DNA of 62,315 nucleotides, counting the filler, from Chiloscyllium plagiosum (Eukaryota), in NCBI RefSeq assembly GCF_004010195.1. It is 4 parts of one record of this genome, joined end to end, with 100 filler letters (N's around TTAATTAATTAA, not from the genome) between each part and the next. Parts side by side here need not be neighbours in the genome. Positions count along the whole stretch, not along the records: positions 1 to 25,157 come from NC_057710.1; 3 more parts are not named here. One strand, 5' to 3'. Of the stretch, positions 1-11,449 are shown in pieces. The notes below the pieces were generated by a model. The model did no database searches. It was not told the DNA's origin and saw only the letters and a program-made list of their open reading frames with translations. The translations under genes and the position numbers were made by a program. Positions within the stretch are counted from its first letter, which is position 1, and each line of letters begins with the position of its first letter.

Positions 1-332
1 AAAGTCTTTTCCCTGGGGTCGGGGAGTCCAGAACTAGAGGACATAGGTTTAGGGTGAGAGGGGAAATATATAAAAGAGACCTAAGGGGCAACTTTTTCAC
101 GCAGAGGGTGGTACGTGTATGGAATGGGCTGCCAGAGAATGTGGTGGAGGCTGGTACAATTGCAATATTTAAGAGGCATTTGGATGGGTATATGAATAGG
201 AAGGGTTTGGAGGGATAAGGGCCGGGTGCTGGCAGGTGGGACTAGATTGGGTTGGGATATCTGGTCGGTATGGACGGGTTGGACCGAAGGGTCTGTTTCC
301 ATGCTGTACATCTCTATGGCTCTATGACTCTA
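1..332 (+). mobile_element. CR1 (HER1-type) LINE 3' end
   Basis: ORF2 C-terminal motif (TRGH..R.RG..FFTQRVV..WN.LP), 3' UTR and (CTATGACT)-like tail. Confidence 0.9.
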
Positions 333-467
333 AAGTTAACATTTCAGGTCTGGTGACCCTTCAACTTTGATTTCTCTTCACAAACACTGCCAGACCTGTT
401 GAGCTTTTTCAACAACTTCTGTTCTTGTTTCTGATTTGCAGCATCTGCAGTTCTTTCAGTTTTTATG
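333..467. mobile_element. Penelope-like terminal fragment with decayed hammerhead
   Basis: Same tail as other copies (gccagacctg..gagc..cagcatctgcag) plus a degenerate minus-strand gaagggtcaccagacctgaaatgttaac. Confidence 0.6.
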
Positions 468-519
468 TTATAACAAGGCCTGGTGTTGTGGTCGTTGGGG
501 TAAAACATGGGACAGCTCA

Positions 520-712
520 AGCCCTAAAGTTATTGAACTCAATATTGAGTACTGCAGGGTCTCCAAGTGAAACATGAGGTGCTGTTCTTCCAGCTTGTGC
601 TGAACTTTACTCGAGCACTGCAGCAAGCCCAAAACATAGATATTGGCCAGGGAACAGGGTGAGGTGTTTAGGTGGTGGGCAACTGGAAGCTCAGGGTCTT
701 TTTTGTGGGCAT
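520..712 (-). mobile_element. Penelope-like element, GIY-YIG endonuclease C-terminal fragment
   Basis: Translation LPVAHHLN..LGLLQC..KLEEQHLMFHLETLQ followed by LNIEFNNFR, typical of the end of a vertebrate PLE ORF. Confidence 0.8.
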
Positions 713-754
713 GCATGCTATTTTTCTTAACAATCTAATACTATCCTTGACTTC

Positions 755-966
755 TGGATCAGTGGTGCTGGAAGAGCACAGCAATTCAGGCAGCATCCGA
801 GATTTTAACCCTACTGCGAATCCTCTTGCAAGGATGCCTACCTTGAAGAAGTTTTCCTCCTCTCTCTAGATTTTGCTGCTCGTCGGATGCTGCCTGAATT
901 GCTGTGCTCTTCCAGCACCACTGATCCAGAATCTGGTTTCCAGCATCTGCAGTCATTGTTTTTACC
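755..966 (+). mobile_element. Penelope-like fold-back pLTR insertion with 15-bp TSD
   Basis: Inverted arms 755-800 and about 884-929. TSD actatccttgacttc at 740-754 and 967-981. Confidence 0.85.
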
Positions 967-1049
967 ACTATCCTTGACTTCCTGAGTCAGTCGTGGATAG
1001 GTCTGGCTGAATTCTTGTTACTCAATGGAATGTGTTTGTTGAATACCTG

Positions 1050-1192
1050 AATTTTTAGGAATTAAGGGATACAGGGAGAGTTCTGGTAAGTGACATTGAA
1101 ATGCCCACCAGCCATGATTGAATGGTGGAATGGTCCCGATGGGCCGAATGGCCTTACTTCCACTCCTATTTCTTGTGGTCTTATGGTCTTAT
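1050..1192 (+). mobile_element. CR1 LINE 3' UTR fragment
   Basis: aagggatacaggg..gggccgaatggcct..tcttatggtcttat tail. Confidence 0.7.
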
Positions 1193-2135
1193 CATGCCTT
1201 TTAGTCCATTTACCTAATCAACCATGTGTCCACTCATAACTATATAATTAGTTTTAAGTTTAAGCTTCTTGTTTGTGATTAGAATACTTCCCTTTCAAAC
1301 TTAGTATCAAGTTGAATGGTATTATGTTTACTACTTTCTATGTGACATTACTAATTAATTCAGCCAGTTTATACAATACAAGATTGAAGATAGCCTTATC
1401 CCGATTCAGTTCCATAACTTATTGCTTCAAGAAACTACCACAAAAGCTTTCTTCAAACTTATCTTTCAGGCCTCCCTTACTCATTTAACTGTCCTTGTTT
1501 ATATGAAAGATTATTATATTGATTTCATTACAGGCTCCAATAATGTCTTGTTTAATACTCTTTTCAACAACTGTTCGGAAAGGGAATGGTGAGGGGAGGA
1601 GGTTATAAACCTCTCTCCCTTGTGTTTACTGACTGTTGTCATAAATGCATTATGCATTTAGAGAAATAACTTTTTTTTTCACTACCATTTCATTCATTAA
1701 TGTGCAGTTAACGTTCGACTCTCCATCCCTTCCTGTCTCACTCTGCCTGCCTTTACACCATCACTACACTGTTCCATTGTCCTGGCCTTTCCCTCAAGCC
1801 AAACACTCTGATAGCACCATTAATCCTCCTCCCACCTTTGTTAGTACAAAGCCATGTTCAGAGCCATAGTTATATACTTGACAAGGAAATTGGTACCCCC
1901 CCTGCCCATCCCAAAAGAACAGCTCCTTTCTGAAACACGAATGTTAGTGCCCCATGAATTGAAACCCCTTATTCCCACACCACTCTTTGAGTGTTTGTAC
2001 TCAGTTGTCTAGTTAGCAGAACATCGGTTGTGGATTTAACTAGATCACTGGTTCCCATGTGGACCATGACAACTAGATTGACCACCTCTTCCACCAACCT
2101 CTGCCCTCCAATTCAAGCTCCTCTTCAGCTGTGTT

Positions 2136-2356
2136 GAACATAGAACACAGAACATAGAACAATACAGCGCAGTACAGATCCTTCGGCCCTCGATGTTGCG
2201 CCGACCTGTGAACTACTCTCAGCTTGTCCCCCTACACTATCCCAAAATCATCCATGTGTTTATTTTTTAAATATGTGTTTAAATCTCCCTAATGTGGCTG
2301 AGTTGACTACATTAGCAGGTAGGGCATTCCACGCCCTTACCACTCTCTGCGTAAAG
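2136..2356 (-). mobile_element. CR1 LINE 3' end
   Basis: gaacatagaac tandem tail plus reverse-complement 3' UTR and ORF2 end. Confidence 0.8.
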
Positions 2357-2689
2357 AGGTATCCTTAGCTTGACATCAGGCAGACAACATAACCTTTGGG
2401 GTTCCTGATCACAGCTGCAGAGAACAGTCTGTCCTCCTGACTGCACAGGCTCTTTCACTATCACGATTCTTTACCCGCCTATGACCTGACTCTTTCTGTA
2501 CTATTCTGGTGTCAGGGTCATGTTGTTCATCCACAAGCATCATGCACCTGTAGACCAATGCCAGGAGCTGGGGTTCCTCCATCACTACTTCCTGGACACC
2601 CAAATCTCGCAGACTTAGAGTGACAACCAGTTTTATAAAAAGTCACTTGTTTCATAAGGAGACAATGAGCATCTCCAGTAAGTGACAAA

Positions 2690-2960
2690 CCAATTTTCCA
2701 CATTGTTGGGGAGATGCCAGTGTTGTAACTGTACAGGAACAGCTTGGCTCGGGGAGCGGGCAAGTTCTGGAGCACACATCTTCAGTACTATTGCCGGAAT
2801 GTAGTCAGGGTTCTGAGCCTTTGCAGTATCCAGTGGAGTGATACCACGTGGAGTGAATCGAATTAGTTGAAGCCTGGTATCTGTGATGCTGGGATTCTCT
2901 GGAGGAGGCCAAGACGGATCATCCACTCAGCACTTCTGGCTGAAGATAACTGTGAATCAT
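2690..2960 (-). mobile_element. Second CR1-clade LINE family, ORF2 fragment
   Basis: LDTAKA..PD.IPAIVLKMCAPELA / KLF.YSYNTGI.PTMWKI, the pre-RT region of a CR1-clade RT. Confidence 0.75.
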
Positions 2961-2970
2961 AAGACATAAG

Positions 2971-3103
2971 ACACACACACACCAATCCACACTGGGTCAG
3001 ACACAGACACACACACACACACAGACACACGCACACAGACACATGCACACACAGACACACGCACACAGACACACGCACACAGACACACACACACACACAC
3101 ACA
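2971..3103. repeat. (CA)n/(CAGA) microsatellite
   Basis: Direct inspection. Confidence 0.95.
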
Positions 3104-3107
3104 CTAG

Positions 3108-3445
3108 GACAGTTCACACTCACATTGATCCACACTGTGACAGTTCACACTCACACTGATCCACAGAGGGATAGTTTACACTCAAACTGATATACACAAG
3201 GACAGTTCACACTCACATTGATCCACAGAGGGGTAGTTTACACTCAAACTGATATACACAAGGACAGTTCACACTCACACTGATCCACACTGTGACAGTT
3301 CACACTCACACTGATGCACACTGGGAAAGTTCACACTCACACTGATATACACAAGGACAGTTCACACTCACACTGATCCACACTGTGACAGTTCACACTC
3401 ACACTGATGCACACTGGGAAAGTTCACACTCACACTGATATACGT
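3108..3445. repeat. 31-bp minisatellite, about 11 copies (gacagttcacactcacactgatccacactgt)
   Basis: Direct inspection of the tandem units. Confidence 0.9.
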
Positions 3446-3456
3446 TAGAACAGAAC

Positions 3457-6400
3457 AATTCTAACCTGCAGTGTGACCAGTTCACTAAATGTGCTGTCCA
3501 CGACCTCTTCAGCATCGCAGATGCTCCACAGTGAGTCCATCCACAGCTCTAGAGCCGTCATGCAGTCAAGCAACAGCTACAACTGGACTCACTTCTTGCA
3601 AGTGTAAGAGTCAGGAATGTCAGACATGTTCCTGAGCTCCCATATTAAGCAAGAGGCACATGTCATGGGTCTGAGGTCCCCTGCCATTGTAAACCTGAGC
3701 TTTAACTCAGCAGATTAGAATTGCTGAGGGAGACAGTGAGTGGGTGACTAAAAGGCAGAAAAAGAGTAGGAAGGTAGTGCAGGTGTGCCCTGTGGTTATC
3801 TCCCTCCAAAACAGATATACCATTTGGGATACTGATGGGGGAAATGGCTCACCAGGGGAGGGCAGCAGTTGCCAGGATCATGGCACTGTCGTAGGTTCTG
3901 CTGTTCAGAAGGGCGGGAAAAAGACTCGTAGGGCCAGAGTCATAGGGGATTCTATTGTGAGGGGAGTAGATAGGCCGTTCTGTGGCTGAAAACGGGACTC
4001 CCGGATGGTATGTTGCCTCCCAGGTGCCCGGGTCAGGGATGTCACCGATCGGCTGCAGAGCATTCTAAAAGGGGAGGGGGAACAGCCAGTTGTCATGGTG
4101 CACATTGGCACCAATGATATAAGTAAAAAATGAAATGAGGTCCTGAAAGCAGAATTCAGGGAGCTAGGAGAGAAGTTAAAGAGGACCTCAAAGGTAATGA
4201 TCACAGGATTGCTACCAGTGCCATGTGCTAGCCAGGATAGAAATGAAAGAATAGACAGGATGAATACATGGCTTGAGGGATGGTGTAGCAGGGAGGGGTT
4301 CAGATTTGTGGGACATTGCGACCGGTTCAGGGAAGGTGGGGCTATTGCAAATTGGATGGTCTACACCTGAACCAAACCGGAACTAATGTCCTTAGGGGAG
4401 GATTTGCCACTGCTTTTGGGACGGTTTAAACTAATGTGGCACGGGACTGGGAACCAGGAGAGCAGATTAGAAGTGAGGTGGAAACTAGAGACCGTAAGGA
4501 ACAGTCTCTAGTTAGCATTATCAAGGAGAAGAGTAAGCAGAGAGCAGATGAAGGCAAAGGTGGTCTGAAGTGTATATGCTTTAATGCAAGGAGTATAACG
4601 GGTAAGGCAGATGAATGTAGGGCTTGGATTAGTGCATGGGATATGACGTTGTTGCGATCACAGAGACTTGGCTGAAGGAAGGGCCTGATTGACAACTAAA
4701 TGTTCCAGGATATAGATGTTCAGACAGGACAGGGAGGGAAGTAAAAAGGGAGGGGGGGGGAGGTAAGGAATTGCATTGCTGGTCAGGAATGATATCACTG
4801 CTGTGTTAAAGGAGGACACTAAGGAAGGCTTGAGCAGTGAGGCATTATGGGTAGAACTGAGAAATAAGAAGGGTGCAGTTCTACAGGCCTCCCAACAGTG
4901 AGAGTGAGGTAGAAGGGCAAATAGGTAAAAATCATTATGGAAAAATGTAGAGGCAACAGGGTGGTGGTGATGGCAATTTTCATAACATTGACTGGGATAC
5001 ACTTAGTGTCAGGTCTGGATGGGGCAAAATTTGTTAGGCGCATCCAGGAAAGCTTTCTCGAACAGAATGTCAATAGTCCAACTAAGGAAGAGGCCATATT
5101 GGACCTGGTATTGGGGAATGAGCCAGGCTAGGTGTTAGAAGTTGCAGTGGGGGATTTCTTTAGGAATACTGACCACAATTCTGTAAGTTTTAGAATATTC
5201 ATGGACAAAGATGAGAGTGGTCCTAAGGGAAGAGTACTAAACTGGGCCAAGGCCAATTATATCAAAATTGGGCAGGAGCTGGGAAATGTGGATTGGACAC
5301 AGCTATTTGAAGGGAAGTCCACATTTGATATGTGGGAGGCTTTCAAAGGTAGGTTAAAGATAGTGCAGGATAGGCATGTCCCTTTGAAAATAAGGGATAG
5401 GAAAGGCAGGATTCATGAACAATGGATGACAGGAGAAATCGTGCATCTAGTCAGGAGGAAAAGGGAAGTGTATGTAAGGTCCAGGCAGCTAAGAACAGAA
5501 GGGGCCTTGAAGGAATATTGGGAGAGTAGGACCAATCTTAAATGAGGAATCAAGTGGGCTAAAAGGAACCATGAAATAACTTTAGCGAGCAGAATGAAGG
5601 AGAATCCCAAGGCCTTATATTCATATATAAGAAGCAAAAGGGTAACTCGAGAAAGGGTTGGTTCACTAAAGGATAAGGATAAGGAAGGCTGTGTGTCTAA
5701 CCTGAGAAAATGGGTGAGATCCTCAATGATTACTTTGCATCAGTGTTCACTGAGGAGAGGAACATGATGAATATTGAGTTTAGAGATAGAAGTTTGTTTA
5801 CTTTGGATCACAGTGACATAAGGAGGGAAGATGTGTTGGGTAGGCTAAAGGATATTAAGGTGGAAAAATCCCCAGGACCAAATGGGATCTATCCCAGGTT
5901 GCAGAGGGAGGTGAGAAATGAAATAGCTGGGACCCTGACCGATACCTTTGTAGCATCCTTAACCATAGGTGAAATGCCAGAGGAGTGGAGGGTTGCTAAC
6001 ATGGTCCCCCTGTTCATGAAGGATAGTAAGGATATTCCAGATAACTATGAGCCTGAAGTCAGTGATGGGAAAGTTGCTGGAGAAGGTACTGAAGGATAGG
6101 ATCTATTTATATTTGGAAGAGAATGGGATTATCAGTGATAGACAACATGGTTTTGTGAGGGGGAGATCATCCCTTACCAACTTAATAGAGTTCTTTGTGG
6201 AAGTGATCAGGTTGTTAGATGAAGGAAAGGCTGTTGATGGACTTTAGTAAGATATTTGGTAAGGTTCCCCATGGTAACCTAATGGAAAGAGTGAAGTCAC
6301 ATGGTGTGCAGGGTGTCCTAGCTGGGTGGATAAAGAACTGGTTGAGCAACAGGAGACAGAGAGTAGTAGTTGAAGGGAGTTTCTCGAAATGGAGAAAGGT

Positions 6401-7370
6401 GACCAGTTGTTTGTAATATACATAAATGATCTGGAAGAGGGCACTGTTGGTCTGATCAGTAAGTTTGCAGATGACGCGAAGATTGGTGGAGTAGCAGAAA
6501 GCATAGGGGACTGTCAAAGAATACAGGAGAATATAGATAGACTGGAGAGTTGGGCAGGGAAGTGGCAGGTGGAGTTGAAGCCGGGCAAATGTGAGGTGAT
6601 GCATTTAGACAAGACTAATTCTAGAGTGAACTTTATTGTAAATGGAAGAGCCTTGGGAAAAGTTGATGAGCAGAGAGATCTGGGAGTGCAGGTCCATTGT
6701 ACCCTGAAGGTTGCTGCACAGGTGGATAGAGTGGTCAAGAAGGTATATGGTATGCGTGCCTTCATTGGACGTGGTATTGAGTATAAGAGCTGGCAAGTCA
6801 CGTTAAAATTGTACATGACGTTGTTTCGGCTGCATTTAGAATACTGTGTACAGTTCTGGTCGCCACATTACAAAAAGGATGTGGACGCTTTGGAGAGGGT
6901 GCAGAGAAGGTTTACGAGGATGTTGCCTGGTATGGAAGGTGCTAGCTATGAAGAGAGGTTGAGTAGATTAGGTTTATTTTCATTTGAGAAAAGGAGATTG
7001 AGGGGAGACCTGATTGAGGTTTACAAAATCATGAAGGGTAGAGATAGGGTGGATAGAGATAAGCTTTTTCCCAGGGTGAGGGATTCAATATCGAGAAGTC
7101 ATGCATTCAAGGTGAGAGGAGAAAGGTTTAAGATGGATGCACACGGAAAGTACTTTACACAGAGAGAGGTAGGTGCCTGGAATGCATTGCCAGCAGAGGT
7201 GGTAGAGGCAGGCATGGTAGATTCATTTAAGATGCATCTGGACAGATGCATGAGTAGGTGGGGAGCAGAGGGATACAGATCCTTAGGAATTGGGCGATAG
7301 GTTTAGACAGTGGATTTGGATTGGCACAGGCTTGGAGGGTCGAAGGGCCTGTTCCTGGGCTGTAAATTTT
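3457..7370 (+). mobile_element. Near full-length CR1 LINE (defective) with inverted 5' segment 3457-3705
   Basis: ORF1 SGNH esterase (VIGDSIVRG..VHIGTND), ORF2 APE (CFNARSI) and RT (YIND..SKFADDAKIGG), 3' UTR. Contains stops and frameshifts. 3457-3705 is the reverse complement of the ORF1 start seen at about 43070-43313. Confidence 0.95.
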
Positions 7371-7675
7371 GATTTAGATTCCCTACAGTGTGGAAACAGG
7401 CCCTTCAGCCCAACAAGTCCACACCGACCCTCTGAAGACCAACCCAGTAAGACCCATTCCCCCACATTTACTCCTGACTAATGAACCTAACACTATGGGC
7501 AATTTAGCCTGGCCAATTCACCTAACCTACACATCTTTGGATTGTGGGAGGAAACTGGAGCACCCGGAGGAAACCCGCGCAGACACGGGGAGAACGTGCA
7601 AACTCCACACAGACAGTCGCCCGAGGCAGGAATTGAACCTGGGTCCCTGGCACTGTGCAGCAGCAGAGCTAACCC
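7371..7675 (-). mobile_element. HE1 (V-SINE) tRNA-derived SINE
   Basis: Reverse complement of the tRNA-like head, V-domain (gtggagtttgcacgttctccccgtgtctgc) and CR1-like tail. Confidence 0.92.
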
Positions 7676-7769
7676 CTTTGTTCTTTCTTTGTACTATGAC
7701 TTGACGGTCGCAGCCAACAGTTCATAAGGCAACTGGGGGAGATCCTTTACTTCACTGAACAGTATGGAA

Positions 7770-8017
7770 ATACAGATTTGCTTTTATAGCACAGCCACTG
7801 GACATCTCAAAGCATTTTACAGCCAATGAGGAACTTTTAAAGTGTAGCCACCATTGTAATGTAGCAAACACAGGACCCAAACTGTGCACAGCGAGATGGC
7901 ACAAGAAGGCAAGGGGATAAAGAGAAGTCAATCTTTTTTGTGTGTGATGTTAACAAGGGATGAATATTGACCAGAACCCCATGGAGAGCTGCACTGCATG
8001 TCTTTGAAGTAGTGCCC
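7770..8017 (-). mobile_element. Deu-SINE (SacSINE1/AmnSINE1-like), Deu domain and tail
   Basis: Reverse complement reads caatattcatccct..gctgtgcacagtttgg..ctacattacaatggtggctacacttt..cattggctgtaaaatgctttgag, matching the recalled Deu-domain consensus. Confidence 0.75.
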
Positions 8018-9198
8018 GGGGCTGGATATTATAGTTCCCTCACCCACAGGATTGCCCCAATGATGGGTGGCCTTACTGAACCCCAATCTACAAGCAGTTT
8101 TACAGGATTAAGGACCGTGGGCATCTGGTCCCAATTGTGCCCTCACATGGGAAATCACCAGGACATTCAAAGGCAGCTTCCCATCTGATTCTCAACAACG
8201 AGACTGATGGGAGGGGCAAGTTGGGAGTTGGAGCAGGGAGTGGGATATTGGGAGTTTGGGCAGGGAGCAGGGGTTGGGGCAAGGTTTGGGGGTCGGGGAA
8301 TTTTGGGCAGGGCACGGTCATTGGGAGGTTGGGGGTTTGGTTGAAGAGTGGGAATTAGGGAGGGGTTTGCCTTGTTGGGGGTTGGGGCAGTTCAGGCAGG
8401 GAGTGGTCATTGGGGTTGTGCCAGGTATTGAGGGTTCAGGCAGAGATTGGATGTTCGGGAGGTGTGGGTGGGTGGGGTTTGGGCCAGCGGGAGGTTCAGT
8501 GCACATTGGAGGCGTGGTGGGGTTTGGGGGTTTCAGGCAGGGGGAGGTTGACTGAACCATGGGACAGACCTTTCCAGTTCAGCTGCCCCCTTCCCATCCA
8601 AGGCCCATCACATCCCCCCCTTGGTAGCCCTATTTCTATCTCCACATACCATCCCAATACCCCTCACCCCTCCCCACATCCAGGTCTCACCCTTAACACA
8701 CTCCTCACTCCAATCTCTGGGACTGATGCCCAACCGCCCCCTCCACTCTCCCTGTAGTGATTGTAATGAAGTCAGCCAAGTGGACTTTGTAGAATATGAG
8801 TTCCCTGGTTGGGGATGTTAATTTGTCTAATCAGGCAGCCCTGGCTCACAGATATAAAGAGAAGTATCAGAGGTTCTGTTCACTCTGAGAGCTGCCTCTG
8901 AGGGAGCTGGATCAGTCTCAAGGACTCTCCATGTGTAAATGAAGGGTGACTTGTGGACAGGATACCGGCCTCAGTGGAATTACATCATGTGTCTCACCTC
9001 CAACATCGTCCAGACCCCAATTTCTGGAACTCGCCACCAACTGTGCCCCTCCACCATCCAGGCCTCACTCCCAACTCCCCACTTCCTTCAACACCATGTG
9101 ACCTGGTCTCTGTGGTCAGAGAAATTTGGAGGCTGCTTGCAGTTTCAGTTCTGGCCACTGTTATATTTGGCGCTGCTGGGACTAGAGAATCCAGGCTG
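8018..9198. mobile_element. Putative decayed non-autonomous DNA transposon with palindromic G-rich/C-rich arms
   Basis: Imperfect terminal inverted repeats: ggctggatattatagttccc versus the reverse complement gcctggattctctagtccc. G-rich left arm and C-rich right arm. Confidence 0.4.
8753..8987 (+). mobile_element. Solo LTR (probably Gypsy-type)
   Basis: TG...CA termini, TATAAA near 8853, degenerate polyA signal (gtaaatgaa), abrupt compositional break within the C-rich host. Confidence 0.6.
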
Positions 9199-9480
9199 GG
9201 ATTCCTGTGTGTTACTGATGGTATGCTACACTGGGATTAAGGAATCCAGAAATCCTTTTTCCAGCTGATTAACGTTCTGGGAGCCCTAAATGGCTGTGGA
9301 GCCACTGTGATCATTGGCAGCACATTCATTGTGGAAGGTTGTGACTAGTGCTGTTCCACAGGGTTCAGTGATGGGACCTCTGCTATTCATGGTTTGCATA
9401 AATGGCTTGGAGGAAAACGTAGCTGGTCTAATTAGTAGATTTGTGGACAATACAAAGATTGGTGGACTGGCAGATAGTGA

Positions 9481-10270
9481 ATAGACAATAGACAATAGGT
9501 AAAAACAATGACTGCAGATGCTGGAAACCAGATTCTGGATCAGTGGTGCTGGAAGAGCACAGCAGTTCAGGCAGCATCCAAATAGACAATAGGTGCAGGA
9601 ATAGGCCATTCTGCCCTTTGAGCCAGCATGACCATTCAATATGATCATGGCTGATCATCCTTAATCAGTATCCTGTTCCTGCCTTATCTCCATAACCCTT
9701 GATTCCACTATCCTTGAGAGCTCTATCCAACTCTTTCTTAAATGAATCCAGAGACTGGGCCTCCACTGCCCTCTGGGGCAGAGCATTTCACATAGCCACC
9801 ACTCTCTGGGTGAAGAGGTTTCTCCTCATCTCTGTCCTAAATGGTCTACCCCGTATTTTTAAGCTGTGTCATCTGGTTCGGCACCCACCCATCAGTGGAA
9901 ACATGTCTCCTGCCTCCAGAGTGTCCAATCCTTTAATAATCTTATATGTCTCAATCAGATCCCCTCTCAGTCTTCTAAACTCAAGGGTATACAAGCCCAG
10001 TCGCTTCAGTCTTTCAACATAAGATAGACCCACCATTCATCCTTGAGGGCTCTATCCAACTCTTTCTTAAATGAATCCAGAGACTGGGCCTCCACTGCCC
10101 TCTGGGGCAGAGCATTTCACATAGCCACCACTCTCTGGGTGAAGAGGTTTCTCCTCATCTCTGTCCTAAATGGTCTACCCCGTATTTTTAAGCTGTGTCC
10201 TCTGGTTCGGCACTCACCCATCAGCGGAAACATGTTTCCTGCCTCCAGAGTGTCCAATCCTTTAATAATC
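9481..10270 (-). mobile_element. Younger CR1 3' end with internal duplication and PLE insertion
   Basis: (ATTGTCT)n tail. 9710-9941 is duplicated at 10039-10270. PLE fragment 9499-9579 is flanked by aatagacaatag. Confidence 0.9.
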
Positions 10271-10810
10271 ATTGTCAGATGATACAGCAGGATATAGATC
10301 AGTTTGAGGTATGGACAGAAAACTGGCAGATGGAGTTTAATCCAGACCAATTAGAGGCGATGCATTTTGGAAGGTCAAGCACAGGTGGAAATTATACACT
10401 GAATGGCAGTATTGACATGCACAGGGACCTGGGTGTGCAGGTCCACAGATAACTGAAAGTGGCAGCACGGATAGATAAGGTAGCTATGAAGAAAGATTGG
10501 GTAGACTGGGTTTGCAGGAAGTTGAAGGGTGACCTAATAGAAATTTATAAGATTGTGAATGCATGGATACAGTGGAAAGTATGAGGCTTTTTCCCAGATG
10601 GGAGGGGTCATTTACTAGGAGACACTGGTTCAAGGTGTGAGAGGGGGAAAATTTAAAAGAGATGTGTGAGGCAAGTTTTTCACATTCACTCATGGTGAGT
10701 GCTTTGAATGCGCTGCCAGAGGAGGTGGTGGAAGCAGACACTATAGCAGCATTCAAGAAACACCTGGACCAATACATTAACAGGAAGGGAATAGGGGGAT
10801 ACGGATCCTA

Positions 10811-10894
10811 GGTTAGAATGGTGCTGGAAAAGCACAGCAGTTCAGGCAGCATCCGAGGAGCAGTAAAATCGACGCTTCGGGCAAAAGCCCTTCG
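10811..10894 (-). mobile_element. Penelope-like terminal fragment (partial hammerhead)
   Basis: gcagcatccgaggagcag..atcgacgcttcgggcaaaagccc. Confidence 0.75.
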
Positions 10895-11449
10895 ACCCTG
10901 TAAAGGAAGACAGTTTTAGTATGGAAGGGCAAAATCTGTCAGTGCAGGAGGGCTGAAGGGCCTGCTCCTGTGTTATTCTTTGTTATTTGTATTCCAGGGT
11001 GACCCTTCAGGGCGCCAGGGTAGGAAACTCCCAAGATCTAAAACATTCTGCACAATGGCTTCTTTCACATTTAGTTGAGATGATAGATGGGGCTTACTAA
11101 CCTATGTCAGTACTACACTGGAGTGCCAATCATGAGTTTTCTGCTACATCAGCCCCATCCAGAAGAGTCCAGGGGATAGACTGGAATGGTATAAAAGACT
11201 GGATAAATTGCAAATTGGAAATTTAGTACAATTCTGGTCACCACATTAGAGAAGGATGTGACCACACTTGACAAAATGCAGAGGAGATTACTAGCAATGG
11301 AGTGTTTATTTTTTGATGAGGGGGGGGTTGCATGAGTCGGTGATGTTTTCTTTATAACACAGGGGAGCTAAGGAATGATTTAATATTGAGCTGTCTAAAA
11401 AGAGGTGAAGAGTGAATAGGCAGGTTCTATTTTCATGGCAGAGAGGTTA

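Larger units (their letters stand above)
9310..10990 (+). mobile_element. 5'-truncated CR1 (RT to 3' end) interrupted at 9481-10270 by a minus-strand CR1
   Basis: VTSAVPQGSVMGPLLF..FVDNTKIGG, resuming at 10271 with CQMIQQDIDQ..WQMEFN. Confidence 0.85.

Noticed and set aside
3108..3445. CRISPR-like array of 31-bp units
   Set aside because: Head-to-tail minisatellite without unique spacers, in eukaryotic DNA
6389..7300. 303-aa ORF as a host gene
   Set aside because: C-terminal part of CR1 ORF2 in a copy with upstream stops and frameshifts
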